Assembly: GCA_965215195.1 (NCBI GenBank)
Contig: CBDCDC010000001.1
Location: forward strand, 256,001 to 320,000
Direction: 5' to 3'
DNA: 64,000 nt
Source: Candidatus Latescibacterota bacterium
Lineage (GTDB): Bacteria; Latescibacterota; UBA2968; UBA8231
The notes below the pieces were generated by a model that was not told the DNA's origin, did no database searches, and saw only the letters and a list, made by a program, of their open reading frames with translations. The stretch's first letter is position 1. Each line of letters begins with the position of its first letter. Shown here piece by piece: positions 9,688 to 19,288 of this stretch. Position numbers and translations under genes: made by a program.

Positions 9688-10551
9688 ATGACAAAAATTA
9701 TAGGAGCGTTGTTGCTCGGCGCAGTCCAAACAGGTGCGGTGGATTTTTACGCGCATTGGGGCGACGGGAAGGCCGAGATATCCAGCTACGAGGTGGTGCA
9801 GCCGCGCTACGGCGAGCGGCGGCCGGGGTACGGGGTGATGATTTTCGTGACCGAGAGCCTGCACCGGCAGACCTTTATCAAGGTCGATTCGCCGACGCCA
9901 GAGGCCGACCAATTCTACGCACTCAAGCTCAACCACATCCTCAAGTTTGCCACCGGGATATACGACTATTCAGTAATGACTTCGGTTTTCAGCCAAGTCG
10001 CGGGCGGGCGGCATCCCTTTGCGCTGCGGCGCATTTCGTTTAGCGCACAAGAGTGGTGCGGACAGGTCTTTGACGAAGCCCTGTTCAGCGCCGGGCAGAT
10101 CAACGGGCAAATCAGCAGCTATTTTGCCAGCGAGGGCCGGGGCACCTATCAGCTAAAGCAGCCCGAGCACTTCGCGAGCGAGGATCATCTGCTGATCCGC
10201 ATCCGGGAGCTGCAAGGGCCGTTCATGGCCCTCGGCGAGGTGCGGGAGGTGGAGGTGCTGCCGAGCTTTTGGCAGCTTAGGCAGGCGCATCAGCCTCATG
10301 CGGTCGTGTCCGGGCGGATCCACAAGGCCGCCGAGACCGCAGCCGGTGCGCTGGCCAGCGTGCGATGGGACCTGCACATTGGCCAGCGGCAGCGGACGCT
10401 GTGGACGGAAAAAACCTATCCGCATCGGATTCTGCGCTGGGAGGACAGCACTGGAGGGCGCGGCGAATTGATGCGGACGATCCGGGTGCCCTACTGGGAA
10501 TTGCAAGCCAACGCAGACGAGGTGTACCGGCGGGAGCTGGGCATCCCCTGA
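9688..10551 (+). CDS. Conserved secreted hypothetical protein
   Basis: Signal-peptide-like N-terminus; WGDGKAEISSY..QPRYGE..VMIFVTE, LKLN..KFATGIYDYSVMTSVF, QEWCGQ motifs. Confidence 0.75.
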   Translation: MTKIIGALLLGAVQTGAVDFYAHWGDGKAEISSYEVVQPRYGERRPGYGVMIFVTESLHRQTFIKVDSPTPEADQFYALKLNHILKFATGIYDYSVMTSVFSQVAGGRHPFALRRISFSAQEWCGQVFDEALFSAGQINGQISSYFASEGRGTYQLKQPEHFASEDHLLIRIRELQGPFMALGEVREVEVLPSFWQLRQAHQPHAVVSGRIHKAAETAAGALASVRWDLHIGQRQRTLWTEKTYPHRILRWEDSTGGRGELMRTIRVPYWELQANADEVYRRELGIP

Positions 10552-10685
10552 GGGTGTCCACGCGGTTTGCCGCGGAGCGGCCCCGGGCGGCCGGTTTGGC
10601 CCGCTAGAGAATGGAGCGGGTCCGGGAGAATTTCACAGAGATGCGAGGCGGACGCACCGCGACCATTTTGCCCAGGCCTCGCCGC

Positions 10686-11525
10686 TCACGCCGCGTCGTA
10701 TTTGGCCATCAAGGCGCGCAAGTAGCTCACGGCCTTGGGCACGGCCGTTGCCTCGGCTTCCACGTCCTGCCCTTCGTACACCACCGACAGCCAGCCATTG
10801 TACTTGACTCCCTGCAAAATCTCGAAGATGCGCGGATAGTTGAGCCACTCTTCAACGCCGCTTTGGATGCGATAGATCTTGCAGCGGACGTGGACGGCCA
10901 ACGGAGCGGTTTCCGCGATGCTGCCGTAAAAGTTGAGGGCGGGATCCTCGTGCCCGCGCTGGCCCGAGGCCCCGGGCGAACCCACGTATTGACCCGTGTC
11001 GAGGATGTGCGAGAAATAGGGGTTGTCAACGCCCTCGACAATGCGGCGCACATCTTTGCCCGTGCGTGTGACGCAGCCGTGGTTGTGGTTGTGCAAGCCG
11101 ACGACCACGCCCTTTTCCTCGCCGTGGGCCGCCACTTCCTCAAGGCAGGGCATCATCCGCGCCCACACGTCCTCTTCGCGGTCGCCTTGGGGAATCCACG
11201 CGGCAAAGACCCGCACCAACGGAATGCCCATAAACTCGGCCACGTCAATCCACTTCTTGGCGCTGGCGACTTCCGCGGCGAGCTCGTCTTGGGGCTTGCC
11301 GAAGTTGGAGCTGACGCCAATATAGGAGAGCGCGAGCCCGCGGCGGAAGGCCTGCATGCGAATGCCGCGCAGGTACGCCGGGTCGAGCGAGGCAAAGGCG
11401 CGGGTGTGAATGTCGATGCCATCGAGGCCGAGCTGGTAGGCGCGTTCAATAAACTGCTCCAAGTCGAGCTTATTCGCGGCAAATTCGTCTTTGTAGCTCA
11501 GGGACATGCAGCCTAATTTGAGCAT
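10686..11525 (-). CDS. Sugar phosphate isomerase/epimerase (xylose-isomerase-like TIM barrel)
   Basis: VRVFA, GLHNHNH, ILDTGQY, YNGWLSVVYEG. Confidence 0.85.
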   Translation of the reverse strand: MLKLGCMSLSYKDEFAANKLDLEQFIERAYQLGLDGIDIHTRAFASLDPAYLRGIRMQAFRRGLALSYIGVSSNFGKPQDELAAEVASAKKWIDVAEFMGIPLVRVFAAWIPQGDREEDVWARMMPCLEEVAAHGEEKGVVVGLHNHNHGCVTRTGKDVRRIVEGVDNPYFSHILDTGQYVGSPGASGQRGHEDPALNFYGSIAETAPLAVHVRCKIYRIQSGVEEWLNYPRIFEILQGVKYNGWLSVVYEGQDVEAEATAVPKAVSYLRALMAKYDAA

Positions 11526-11614
11526 TAGGGGCTTCCTTTAGATTGAGGTTGATATTGGGCATATCATGCAGTAAAGCCAGTCATTTCTGCCGAAAAATAA
11601 AGAAAGGCGGACAG

Positions 11615-13213
11615 TCACATACCCCAGACCTCAATCCGCCTGTCGCCGATGGATTCTTCGCGGCGGAATATCTTCTCGTCCCACGATTTGTCCGGGCTGC
11701 GGTCAAAGATGACGAGATGGCCTTCTGCTGCGGCGCAGCAATCCATATAAGCGCGGCTCTGTTCGAGGCCCTCGCGCACGGTCTGATCTAGGCTCTTGTA
11801 AAGCAGTTTGCATTCGATCACCGCCTTTTGAACCGCTTGACTCGGCCGGAGGCTGCCAGGGGTCGGCCACACAATCAGCAGGTCCGTGCGCAGCCGACCC
11901 AAGCCATACTCGCGCTCGATCCGCCCGCCGCTGTTGACGATGCGTTGCAGAAACGCCTGTAGCAGCAACTGGGGACCGGCTTCCTTGTATTGAAACCGCT
12001 CGATCCAGTGTTCGGAATGTTCGCGGAAGAACCCTTGGAACGCGGTTAGCAAATCGGCAAGGCGCAGCCGCCCGTCGGCATCCACGTACCAAGCCGGGTC
12101 TTGCGCGAGGTAGGCCTGCGTGGTGTAGGTCAGGTCGCGGGGGATGACCTCCTGATAGATTGGGTTGGCAATGGCGATGGGGTCTTGCCGGCGCACGAGA
12201 CCCAGATCGCGGACGTATTCTACGTCGTCTTGGGGAATGGCCTCGGCGGGTTCGACCCCGCTAAGCAGCGGCTCTACCACGCGCCGCACGCGCTCCTCTT
12301 GCAGCTTGTCGGTGAGTTGGTCGAGGTGGGTTTCGCGGCGCAAGATGAGTTGCTCGCGGGCGCTGCATATAGCCTCGGCGGTGACCGGCCAACTGCGCTC
12401 GCGCCCGGCCTTGTTCTTAAAGCAGGCTTCGTACGCCAAGGCGTTGACCAGCCACGGCTGGCCCTGCGTCAGTTGCCAGATTTTGTTCTGGGCATCCTCG
12501 GCAAACACCTGCCCGGTGGCCTCGGTGTGTTGCGCCAACAGCCTTTGCACTTCGTCCGCGGTGAAGTCGCCCAAGCGCAGGGACTCGGCGCGGATGTTGA
12601 ACGCGCTGCCGCCAGCGATGATCGCGTTCTCCTGTGTGGACCGAATCCGGTAGTCGCGCACATCGCGCACCCCGCACAGGATCGCGCTCAGGGGAAATCG
12701 CGCCGGCCGTTGGGGGTATCCGGCGCGGAGTTGTCGCAACACGGCCAGCAGGGCATCGCCAATAAGTGCGTCGATTTCGTCCAGCAACAGCACTAGGGGC
12801 TTCGGATCGGCCTCAGCCCAGCGGCTCAACACCTCTCGGAATGCGCGATGCGGGGGGGTTTTTTGCACCACAGCGGGCCAAATTTCCCCTAGGGCATCGC
12901 CGGGGAGGGTCCATTCGGCCATCTGCGCCAACTCCCCTATGACAGTAGCTATGGCCGCGGCCACATCGTCCCGCGCTGTCTGGGCAAGCTCGACATTGGC
13001 ATATACGCAGCGATAAGCACCCTCGTCGTTCAGCTTGTCCGCCAGCGCCAACAAGGCAGATGTCTTGCCCGTCTGCCGAGGAGCGTGTAGGGCGAAATAC
13101 TTCCCCTGCCGGATCAGCGACAGGACCTCGTCGATATCCAAGCGCGAAAGCGGGGGGATGCAGTAATGTTCGGCGGGGCGCATCGGCCCTGCTGTATTGA
13201 AAAAGCGCATCAT
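11615..13213 (-). CDS. AAA-like ATPase with C-terminal PD-(D/E)XK-like nuclease domain
   Basis: MRFFNTAGP start, Walker A APRQTGKTS, Walker B LLLDEID, C-terminal REYGLGRLRTDLL...VIECK. Confidence 0.85.
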   Translation of the reverse strand: MMRFFNTAGPMRPAEHYCIPPLSRLDIDEVLSLIRQGKYFALHAPRQTGKTSALLALADKLNDEGAYRCVYANVELAQTARDDVAAAIATVIGELAQMAEWTLPGDALGEIWPAVVQKTPPHRAFREVLSRWAEADPKPLVLLLDEIDALIGDALLAVLRQLRAGYPQRPARFPLSAILCGVRDVRDYRIRSTQENAIIAGGSAFNIRAESLRLGDFTADEVQRLLAQHTEATGQVFAEDAQNKIWQLTQGQPWLVNALAYEACFKNKAGRERSWPVTAEAICSAREQLILRRETHLDQLTDKLQEERVRRVVEPLLSGVEPAEAIPQDDVEYVRDLGLVRRQDPIAIANPIYQEVIPRDLTYTTQAYLAQDPAWYVDADGRLRLADLLTAFQGFFREHSEHWIERFQYKEAGPQLLLQAFLQRIVNSGGRIEREYGLGRLRTDLLIVWPTPGSLRPSQAVQKAVIECKLLYKSLDQTVREGLEQSRAYMDCCAAAEGHLVIFDRSPDKSWDEKIFRREESIGDRRIEVWGM

Positions 13214-13330
13214 AGTTGTGTTGAACGTTTATTGGATTCCTAATCTAACGAACCACAGCGCGGCGGCCAATTTGTCCGCAGCCGGGGCTTGTGCTATTTT
13301 CCGCGCTTCACCTCCAACGAAAGCAAGGCC

Positions 13331-14434
13331 GTGATCGAAATAGGAGAGTACAAAGTCGCCGAGCCGGACGGCATTGAGACGCCGGCCATGCTGGTATTTG
13401 CCGACCAACTCGACCACAACATAAAAGCAGTGGGCGAACTAGTCGGCGGCAGCGAGCATCTGTTCGTCCACGTCAAGACCCACAAGTCCATTGACGTAGC
13501 GCGCAAACAGCTCGCGTCCGGCGTGGCCGGATTCAAGTGCGCCACGCTCAAGGAACTGGAAATGGCCCTCGCGGCCGGCGCACAGGAAGCCATTCTGTCC
13601 TATCCGCTGGTGCAAAAACGCAAGGTCCTGCGCTTTGCCGAGTTGGCTCGAAGACAGGCGACCGTCAGCGCGATTGCCAGCGCACCCGCGCACGTGCAGG
13701 TCTTAGGCGCAGTGGCCCAAGAGCGACGACAAACTCTGCGGGTGATGATCGATCTCAACGTAGGCATGTTCCGCACCGGCGTCTCCTTGGCCGCGGCCGC
13801 CGACCTCTACCGTCAAGTCGCCCAACATCCCCACCTGTCCCCGGGCGGGCTGCACTTGTACGACGGGCACGAGCACATCTCCGAGCCTCAGGCGCGCCAA
13901 GCCGCGGCCGAGCGGCACATCCGCGACGCCCAACGCCTAAAAGCAGCCCTCGAAGATGAGGGCTTGGCCGTGCCCCGGGTCGTCGGGGGCGGCTCCTTTT
14001 CCTCTTTGTATTACGCCCGCGCCGAGGGAATGCACGGCTCCCCGGGCACCTGCGTATACTGGGATGCTGGGTACGGTAGCAAAATGGCCGACTTGCCCTT
14101 CAAATGGGCGGCCCTCGTGCTGACGCAAGTGGTCGATCGCTATCCCGCGCAGCAGACGATCACCACGGACTTGGGCACTAAGGCCATTAGCGACGATGGC
14201 CCCATGCCGAGCCGGGCCAAGCTCTTGCAAAACGCAACGGCCGAGCTGCTCAGGCAAAACGAGGAGCACGGCGTCTTCTCTTGGCCCGATCCCCAACCTG
14301 CAATCGGCACCTATCTCCTCGCCGTGCCCGGGCACGTGTGTCCGACGACGATTCGCTACCCGGGCGCCCGCGTCATCGACGGCCACGGGCAGGTTGCCTC
14401 CTACTACCTGCACTCGGCCCGCGACCGCGCCTAA
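13331..14434 (+). CDS. PLP-dependent fold-type III enzyme (D-threonine aldolase / D-serine dehydratase family)
   Basis: ETPA, HVKTHKS (PLP Lys), RTGV, LYDGH, NEEHG, PGHVCPT; start uncertain. Confidence 0.85.
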   Translation: MIEIGEYKVAEPDGIETPAMLVFADQLDHNIKAVGELVGGSEHLFVHVKTHKSIDVARKQLASGVAGFKCATLKELEMALAAGAQEAILSYPLVQKRKVLRFAELARRQATVSAIASAPAHVQVLGAVAQERRQTLRVMIDLNVGMFRTGVSLAAAADLYRQVAQHPHLSPGGLHLYDGHEHISEPQARQAAAERHIRDAQRLKAALEDEGLAVPRVVGGGSFSSLYYARAEGMHGSPGTCVYWDAGYGSKMADLPFKWAALVLTQVVDRYPAQQTITTDLGTKAISDDGPMPSRAKLLQNATAELLRQNEEHGVFSWPDPQPAIGTYLLAVPGHVCPTTIRYPGARVIDGHGQVASYYLHSARDRA

Positions 14435-14435
14435 C

Positions 14436-15587
14436 ATGCACCCGCTAGCGGAACTAGCCGCCAAGAAGCGGCGGCGGGTCGTGGGCCTGATGTCCGGGAC
14501 CTCGGCCGACGGAATCGACGCCGTGCTAGTTGAGCTGTGGGGCAGCGGCCCATCCACGCGCTACAAAATTTTGTCCTTCGACGCCACGCCGCTGCCCAGC
14601 GCGTTGCGGCGCGAGGTGTTCGCCCTCTTCGCCGCAGACGCTTCGCTCGACGCGCTGTGCCGGGTCAATTTTGCCCTCGGCGAGGCGTTTGCAGCCGCGG
14701 CCCTAGCCGCGGTTGAGCGGGCCGCGCTCGGCCCCGAAGCCATCGACCTAATCGGCTCGCACGGGCAGACCGTGCGCCACCTGCCGGCCAGCGGGGCCAC
14801 CTTGCAGATTGGCGAGCCAGCCGTCATAGCCGCGCGCACGGGCGCGGTGACCATTGCGGACTTTCGCGCGGCCGACATGGCGGTCGGCGGCGAGGGCGCA
14901 CCGCTGGTGCCCTTAGCGGATCACCTGCTCTTTGCCCATCGGCGCGAGGGGCGTCTGCTGCTCAATATCGGCGGGATCGCCAACATCACGGCCTTGCCGC
15001 CCAACGCCGATGCCAGCGCAGTACGGGCCTTTGACCTAGGACCGGGCAACATGCTCATCGACGCGGCCGTGGCGCACTGCACCGGCGGCCGCGAGCACTT
15101 TGACCGCGGGGGCGAGCGAGCGGCGCGAGGGCATGTCGATGAGGCCCTGTTGGCCGAGCTGATGGGCGCCAGCTTCCTACAGCGCGAGCCGCCCAAATCC
15201 ACCGGGCGCGAGGAATTTGGCGCGGCCTTCCTCGCGGACCTCCTCGGCCGCGGCACGTGGCGCGACGACGACCTGATAGCCACCCTGACCGCCTTTACCG
15301 TGCAATCCATTGCCGAGGGCATTCGCCGTTTCTGCCCCGGAGACTTCGCCAAGCTGTGGGTCGCCGGCGGCGGCGTCCACAATCCGCGCATTATGGCCGG
15401 GTTGCGCCACGCGCTGCCGGGCTTGGCGGTGCGGTCGCTGGCCGAACTAGGCGTCAATCCAGACGTGCGCGAGGCCCTCGCCTTTGCGGTCCTCGCCAAC
15501 GAGACCCTGATGGGCCGCACCGGCAATATCCCGGCCGCCACCCGCGCCCAGCGCCCGGTCGTCCTCGGCAAGATCGCCCTGCCGTGA
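14436..15587 (+). CDS. anmK: Anhydro-N-acetylmuramic acid kinase
   Basis: GLMSGTSADGID, GSHGQT, DFRAADMAVGGEGAPL, NIGGIANIT, PKSTGREEF. Confidence 0.96.
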   Translation: MHPLAELAAKKRRRVVGLMSGTSADGIDAVLVELWGSGPSTRYKILSFDATPLPSALRREVFALFAADASLDALCRVNFALGEAFAAAALAAVERAALGPEAIDLIGSHGQTVRHLPASGATLQIGEPAVIAARTGAVTIADFRAADMAVGGEGAPLVPLADHLLFAHRREGRLLLNIGGIANITALPPNADASAVRAFDLGPGNMLIDAAVAHCTGGREHFDRGGERAARGHVDEALLAELMGASFLQREPPKSTGREEFGAAFLADLLGRGTWRDDDLIATLTAFTVQSIAEGIRRFCPGDFAKLWVAGGGVHNPRIMAGLRHALPGLAVRSLAELGVNPDVREALAFAVLANETLMGRTGNIPAATRAQRPVVLGKIALP

Positions 15588-15672
15588 GGACGAGACCATT
15601 TTCTTGCTGAGAATCCGCGCCGCGAATATGTTTGCCCGCTACTTTCCCGCACCAAACCGCAAAGGAGACGCA

Positions 15673-18570
15673 ATGGATCGCCGCGATTTTGAACTGCTGC
15701 GCGACGAAGAAATTCCCGAGCTCAATACTCGAGCCCTGCTCTATCGGCACCGCACCGGCTGCGAGATTGTCTCGCTGATCAACGACGACGAGAACAAGGT
15801 CTTTGGGATCAACTTCCGCACTCCGCCGGCCGACTCAACCGGCATTGCCCACATCCTCGAACACTCGGTGCTGTGCGGCTCGCGCAAGTACCCGGTCAAG
15901 GAGCCGTTTGTCGAGCTGATCAAAGGCTCGCTCAACACCTTCCTCAACGCCTTCACCTATCCAGACAAAACCTGCTACCCGGTCGCCAGCACCAACGTGC
16001 AGGATTTCTACAACCTGATCGACGTGTATCTCGACGCGGTATTCTACCCCCGCCTCACGCTGGAAGTCCTGCAACAGGAAGGCTGGCACTACGAGCTAGA
16101 AAACGCCGGCGACCCCCTGCGCTACAAAGGCGTGGTCTTCAACGAAATGAAGGGCGCGTATTCAAACCCCGATCAGATCCTAGCCGAGCGCATCCAGCAA
16201 TCCATCTTCCCGGACACGACCTACGGCGTGGATTCCGGCGGCGATCCGCGCCACATCCCGGCCCTTACCTTTGACCAGTTCAAGCGCTTCCACGAGGATT
16301 TTTACCACCCGTCCAACGCCCGCGTCTTCTTCTACGGCGACGACGATCCCCAGCACCGCCTCGCCCTGTTGCACGACTATCTAAGCGCCTACGAGGCGCA
16401 TTCCGTCGACTCTACCATCGGCATCCAGCCGCGCTTTGCCGCGCCCAAGCAACGGCAATTTCCCTATGCGGTCGATCCCGACGCGGTCGAAGAGCCTAAG
16501 TGCTTTGTCGCGCTCACTTGGCTGTTGCACGACGCGATTGACGCCGACGAGCGCCGGGCCCTACAGGTGCTCGAACACGCGCTGCTCGGCACCCCGGGGT
16601 CCCCGCTGCGCAAGGCCCTGATCGACTCCGGGCTGGGCGAGGATCTGACCGGCAGCGGGCTAGAGGTCGAATTGGCGCAGATGTTCTTTAGCGTGGGTCT
16701 GAAGGGCGTGCAACAGGGCGATGCGGATGCGGTCGAGGCCCTAATTTTGCAGCACCTCAGCGACTTGGCGGCTGGCGGCATCGACCAAGGAATGGTCGCG
16801 GCCGCCCTGCACACGGCCGAGTTCCGCTTCCGCGAAAACAACACCGGGTCCTATCCGCGCGGCTTGGGCCTGATGCTGCGGCTATTGACCGACTGGCTCT
16901 ACGACCGCGACCCCTTCGCGCCTTTGCGCTTTGCCGACTCCTTCGCCGCGCTCAAGGCCAAGCTGGCGGCCGACGACCGCTATCTAGAGGGGCTGATCCA
17001 ACGCCACCTCTTAGACAACGCGCACCGCACGACCGTGGTCCTGCAGCCCGATGCCGAGTTGGGGACGCGGATAGAAGAGGAAGAGACCACGCGCCTAGCA
17101 GAGGCCCGGGCAAGCATGAGCCACGCGGATTTAGAGGAACTAGTCGCGGCAACGCAAAAGCTCAAGCGCCTGCAAGAGCAACCCGACGCACCCGCGGATC
17201 TGGCCAAATTGCCCCGCCTGCAATTGAGCGACCTCGACGCCGCGATCAAGACCGTGCCGCGGCAAGAAGACCAAATCGCCGGGGTGCCGGTGCTCCACCA
17301 CGACCTCTTTACCAATGGCATCGCCTATCTCGACGTGGGCTGCGATCTGCGGGTGTTGCCCCAAGAGCTCTTGCCGTACATCCCGCTCTTTGGGCGCGCC
17401 CTGCTGGAGATGGGCACCAAGCGCCTGAGCTTCGTGGAGCTGCAACAGCGGATCGGCAGCCAGACCGGCGGCCTGAATGCCCATTCGCTGGTGGGGGCGC
17501 GCCTCGGCGGCGGGCCGGCCGCAGCGCACCTCTTTTTGCGCGGCAAGGCCATGGCCGACCGGGTCGCCGACCTGACCGCGATTGTGCGCGACGTGCTGCT
17601 AGAGGGCCGCCTCGACGATCAGGAGCGCTTTTTGCAGATGGCCTTAGAAGAGCGAGCTAGCGCCGAGGCCGGGCTGGTGCCGGGCGGGCACCGCGTGGTA
17701 TTAACGCGGCTGCGCGCACAATTCGACGAGACCGGCTGGCTCGCCGAGCAGATGCGCGGCTTGAGCTATCTGTTCTTTTTGCGGCAGCTCATCGAAGACA
17801 TCCGCCGCGACTGGCCGGCCGTGCAGGCGCGGCTTGAGCAGATCCGCGCCCTGCTGGTCAACCGGCCGGGTATGCTGTGCAACGCAACTGTGGCCGGCCG
17901 CGACCGCGCTGCGTGCGACCAGAGCCTAGCGGCACTGTTGCGCGAGTTGCCGCAAGAGGCGCACTCGCCCGCGACTTGGACGCCGCACCTGACCGCAGCC
18001 GACGAGGGCCTAACCGTCCCGGCCCGAGTCAACTACGTGGGCAAGGCGGCCAATGTCTTTGCGCTCGGCTACGAATTGGACGGGTCGTCGGCCGTCATCA
18101 CTCGTTACTTGGCCACGACTTGGCTGTGGGATCGGGTGCGGGTGCAAGGGGGGGCCTACGGGGCCTTTTGCTCCCTCGACCCGTTTACCGGGTTGTTCGC
18201 GTACGCGTCGTACCGCGACCCCAACTTGCTGGAGACCCTGCAAGTGTACGACCAGAGCGGGGCTTTCTTGCGCGACCATCCGATTAGCAGCGATGAGCTG
18301 ACCAAGGCCATCATCGGCACCATTGGCGACCTCGACGCCTACCAGCTCCCCGACGCCAAGGGCTACGCTTCGCTGGTGCGCTTTCTGACCGGCATGGACG
18401 ACGACTATCGCCAGCAAATGCGCGACCAAGTCTTGGGCACCAAGGCCGAGCACTTTGCGGAGTTTGCCGCCGTGCTGGATCAAGTCGGCGCAGCGGGCCG
18501 GGTCGCGGTGCTGGGGTCGGCAGATGCGATTGAGAGCGCAAGTTGGCTGACGCCGGTCAAGGTGCTGTGA
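15673..18570 (+). CDS. M16C presequence-protease-like Zn metallopeptidase (insulinase family)
   Basis: Inverted zinc motif HILEHSVLCGS, GVVFNEMKG, RVQGGAYG, SYRDPN; RBS AAGGAG. Confidence 0.93.
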   Translation: MDRRDFELLRDEEIPELNTRALLYRHRTGCEIVSLINDDENKVFGINFRTPPADSTGIAHILEHSVLCGSRKYPVKEPFVELIKGSLNTFLNAFTYPDKTCYPVASTNVQDFYNLIDVYLDAVFYPRLTLEVLQQEGWHYELENAGDPLRYKGVVFNEMKGAYSNPDQILAERIQQSIFPDTTYGVDSGGDPRHIPALTFDQFKRFHEDFYHPSNARVFFYGDDDPQHRLALLHDYLSAYEAHSVDSTIGIQPRFAAPKQRQFPYAVDPDAVEEPKCFVALTWLLHDAIDADERRALQVLEHALLGTPGSPLRKALIDSGLGEDLTGSGLEVELAQMFFSVGLKGVQQGDADAVEALILQHLSDLAAGGIDQGMVAAALHTAEFRFRENNTGSYPRGLGLMLRLLTDWLYDRDPFAPLRFADSFAALKAKLAADDRYLEGLIQRHLLDNAHRTTVVLQPDAELGTRIEEEETTRLAEARASMSHADLEELVAATQKLKRLQEQPDAPADLAKLPRLQLSDLDAAIKTVPRQEDQIAGVPVLHHDLFTNGIAYLDVGCDLRVLPQELLPYIPLFGRALLEMGTKRLSFVELQQRIGSQTGGLNAHSLVGARLGGGPAAAHLFLRGKAMADRVADLTAIVRDVLLEGRLDDQERFLQMALEERASAEAGLVPGGHRVVLTRLRAQFDETGWLAEQMRGLSYLFFLRQLIEDIRRDWPAVQARLEQIRALLVNRPGMLCNATVAGRDRAACDQSLAALLRELPQEAHSPATWTPHLTAADEGLTVPARVNYVGKAANVFALGYELDGSSAVITRYLATTWLWDRVRVQGGAYGAFCSLDPFTGLFAYASYRDPNLLETLQVYDQSGAFLRDHPISSDELTKAIIGTIGDLDAYQLPDAKGYASLVRFLTGMDDDYRQQMRDQVLGTKAEHFAEFAAVLDQVGAAGRVAVLGSADAIESASWLTPVKVL

Positions 18571-18600
18571 ATTTCGACTAGCGGAAAAATTATTTGCGCG

Positions 18601-18630
18601 ACCGCCTAGGCGACTAGGCGGTTTTTTTAT
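18601..18630 (+). terminator. Rho-independent terminator
   Basis: ACCGCCTAG-GCGA-CTAGGCGGT followed by a T-run. Confidence 0.85.
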
Positions 18631-18782
18631 TTTTGCGGTTCACATAATCGCGCTTTGTCGGTCATATAGGACAAACGCGCTACCGGCCAACCCGCCCTCT
18701 TTTGCAAAGGAGGGGTCATGCAATCCTTAGCCATTCGCATCCTGTACGTCGCCCCAATCGACATCCTTACAGAGAGAAACTT

Positions 18783-19283
18783 TTGCGCCGACCAGCCGAC
18801 ATAAGCGCCGAGGCCGTAGAGCACTACGGACGCTTGGTGCTCAAGGTGGCCTATAAGATCGTCGCCAATGCCGACGAAGCGCAGGAGGTCTTCCAAGAAA
18901 CCTTCCTGCGCTTCCACGCCGCCTGTGTGCGCGGCGAGATCATCGCCCACCCCAAGGCATGGCTTTGCCGGGTGGCGACCAACGCGGCCTGCAAAATCCG
19001 GCGCTATCAACATCAAGCGCTGCTCTGCGAAGGGGAAGATACCGCAGTAGAAGCCGATGCCGACAAAGACGCCGAGCGCCGCTTGCTCATGGACCGAGTG
19101 CGCGACCTAGCCGCCGAATTGCCCGAGCGCCAGCGCATGGTCTTCGCCCTGCGCAACTTCGAGGGCTGGCCTTTTGCCGAGATCGCCACACGACTGGGGT
19201 GCAGCGAGGAGTCGGCCAGAGCCAGCGAGTACAAAGCCCTTAAAAAGATCCGCGCCCACTTGGGTGCTGGCTGCAAGGACTAA
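18783..19283 (+). CDS. ECF RNA polymerase sigma factor
   Basis: AQEVFQETFLR, AWLCRVATN, LPERQRMVFALRNFEGWPFAEIA; start uncertain (TTG 18783 chosen). Confidence 0.9.
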   Translation: MRRPADISAEAVEHYGRLVLKVAYKIVANADEAQEVFQETFLRFHAACVRGEIIAHPKAWLCRVATNAACKIRRYQHQALLCEGEDTAVEADADKDAERRLLMDRVRDLAAELPERQRMVFALRNFEGWPFAEIATRLGCSEESARASEYKALKKIRAHLGAGCKD

Positions 19284-19288
19284 GCGCC

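Noticed and set aside
10552-10685. GC-rich hairpins with GGCAAACC on the minus strand, reminiscent of a c-di-GMP-I riboswitch
   Set aside because: Rest of the motif is missing and it lies between convergent 3' ends
11550-11566. TGATAT-N5-ATATCA palindrome upstream of the sugar isomerase
   Set aside because: Only 6-bp arms; could be an operator but chance occurrence is plausible
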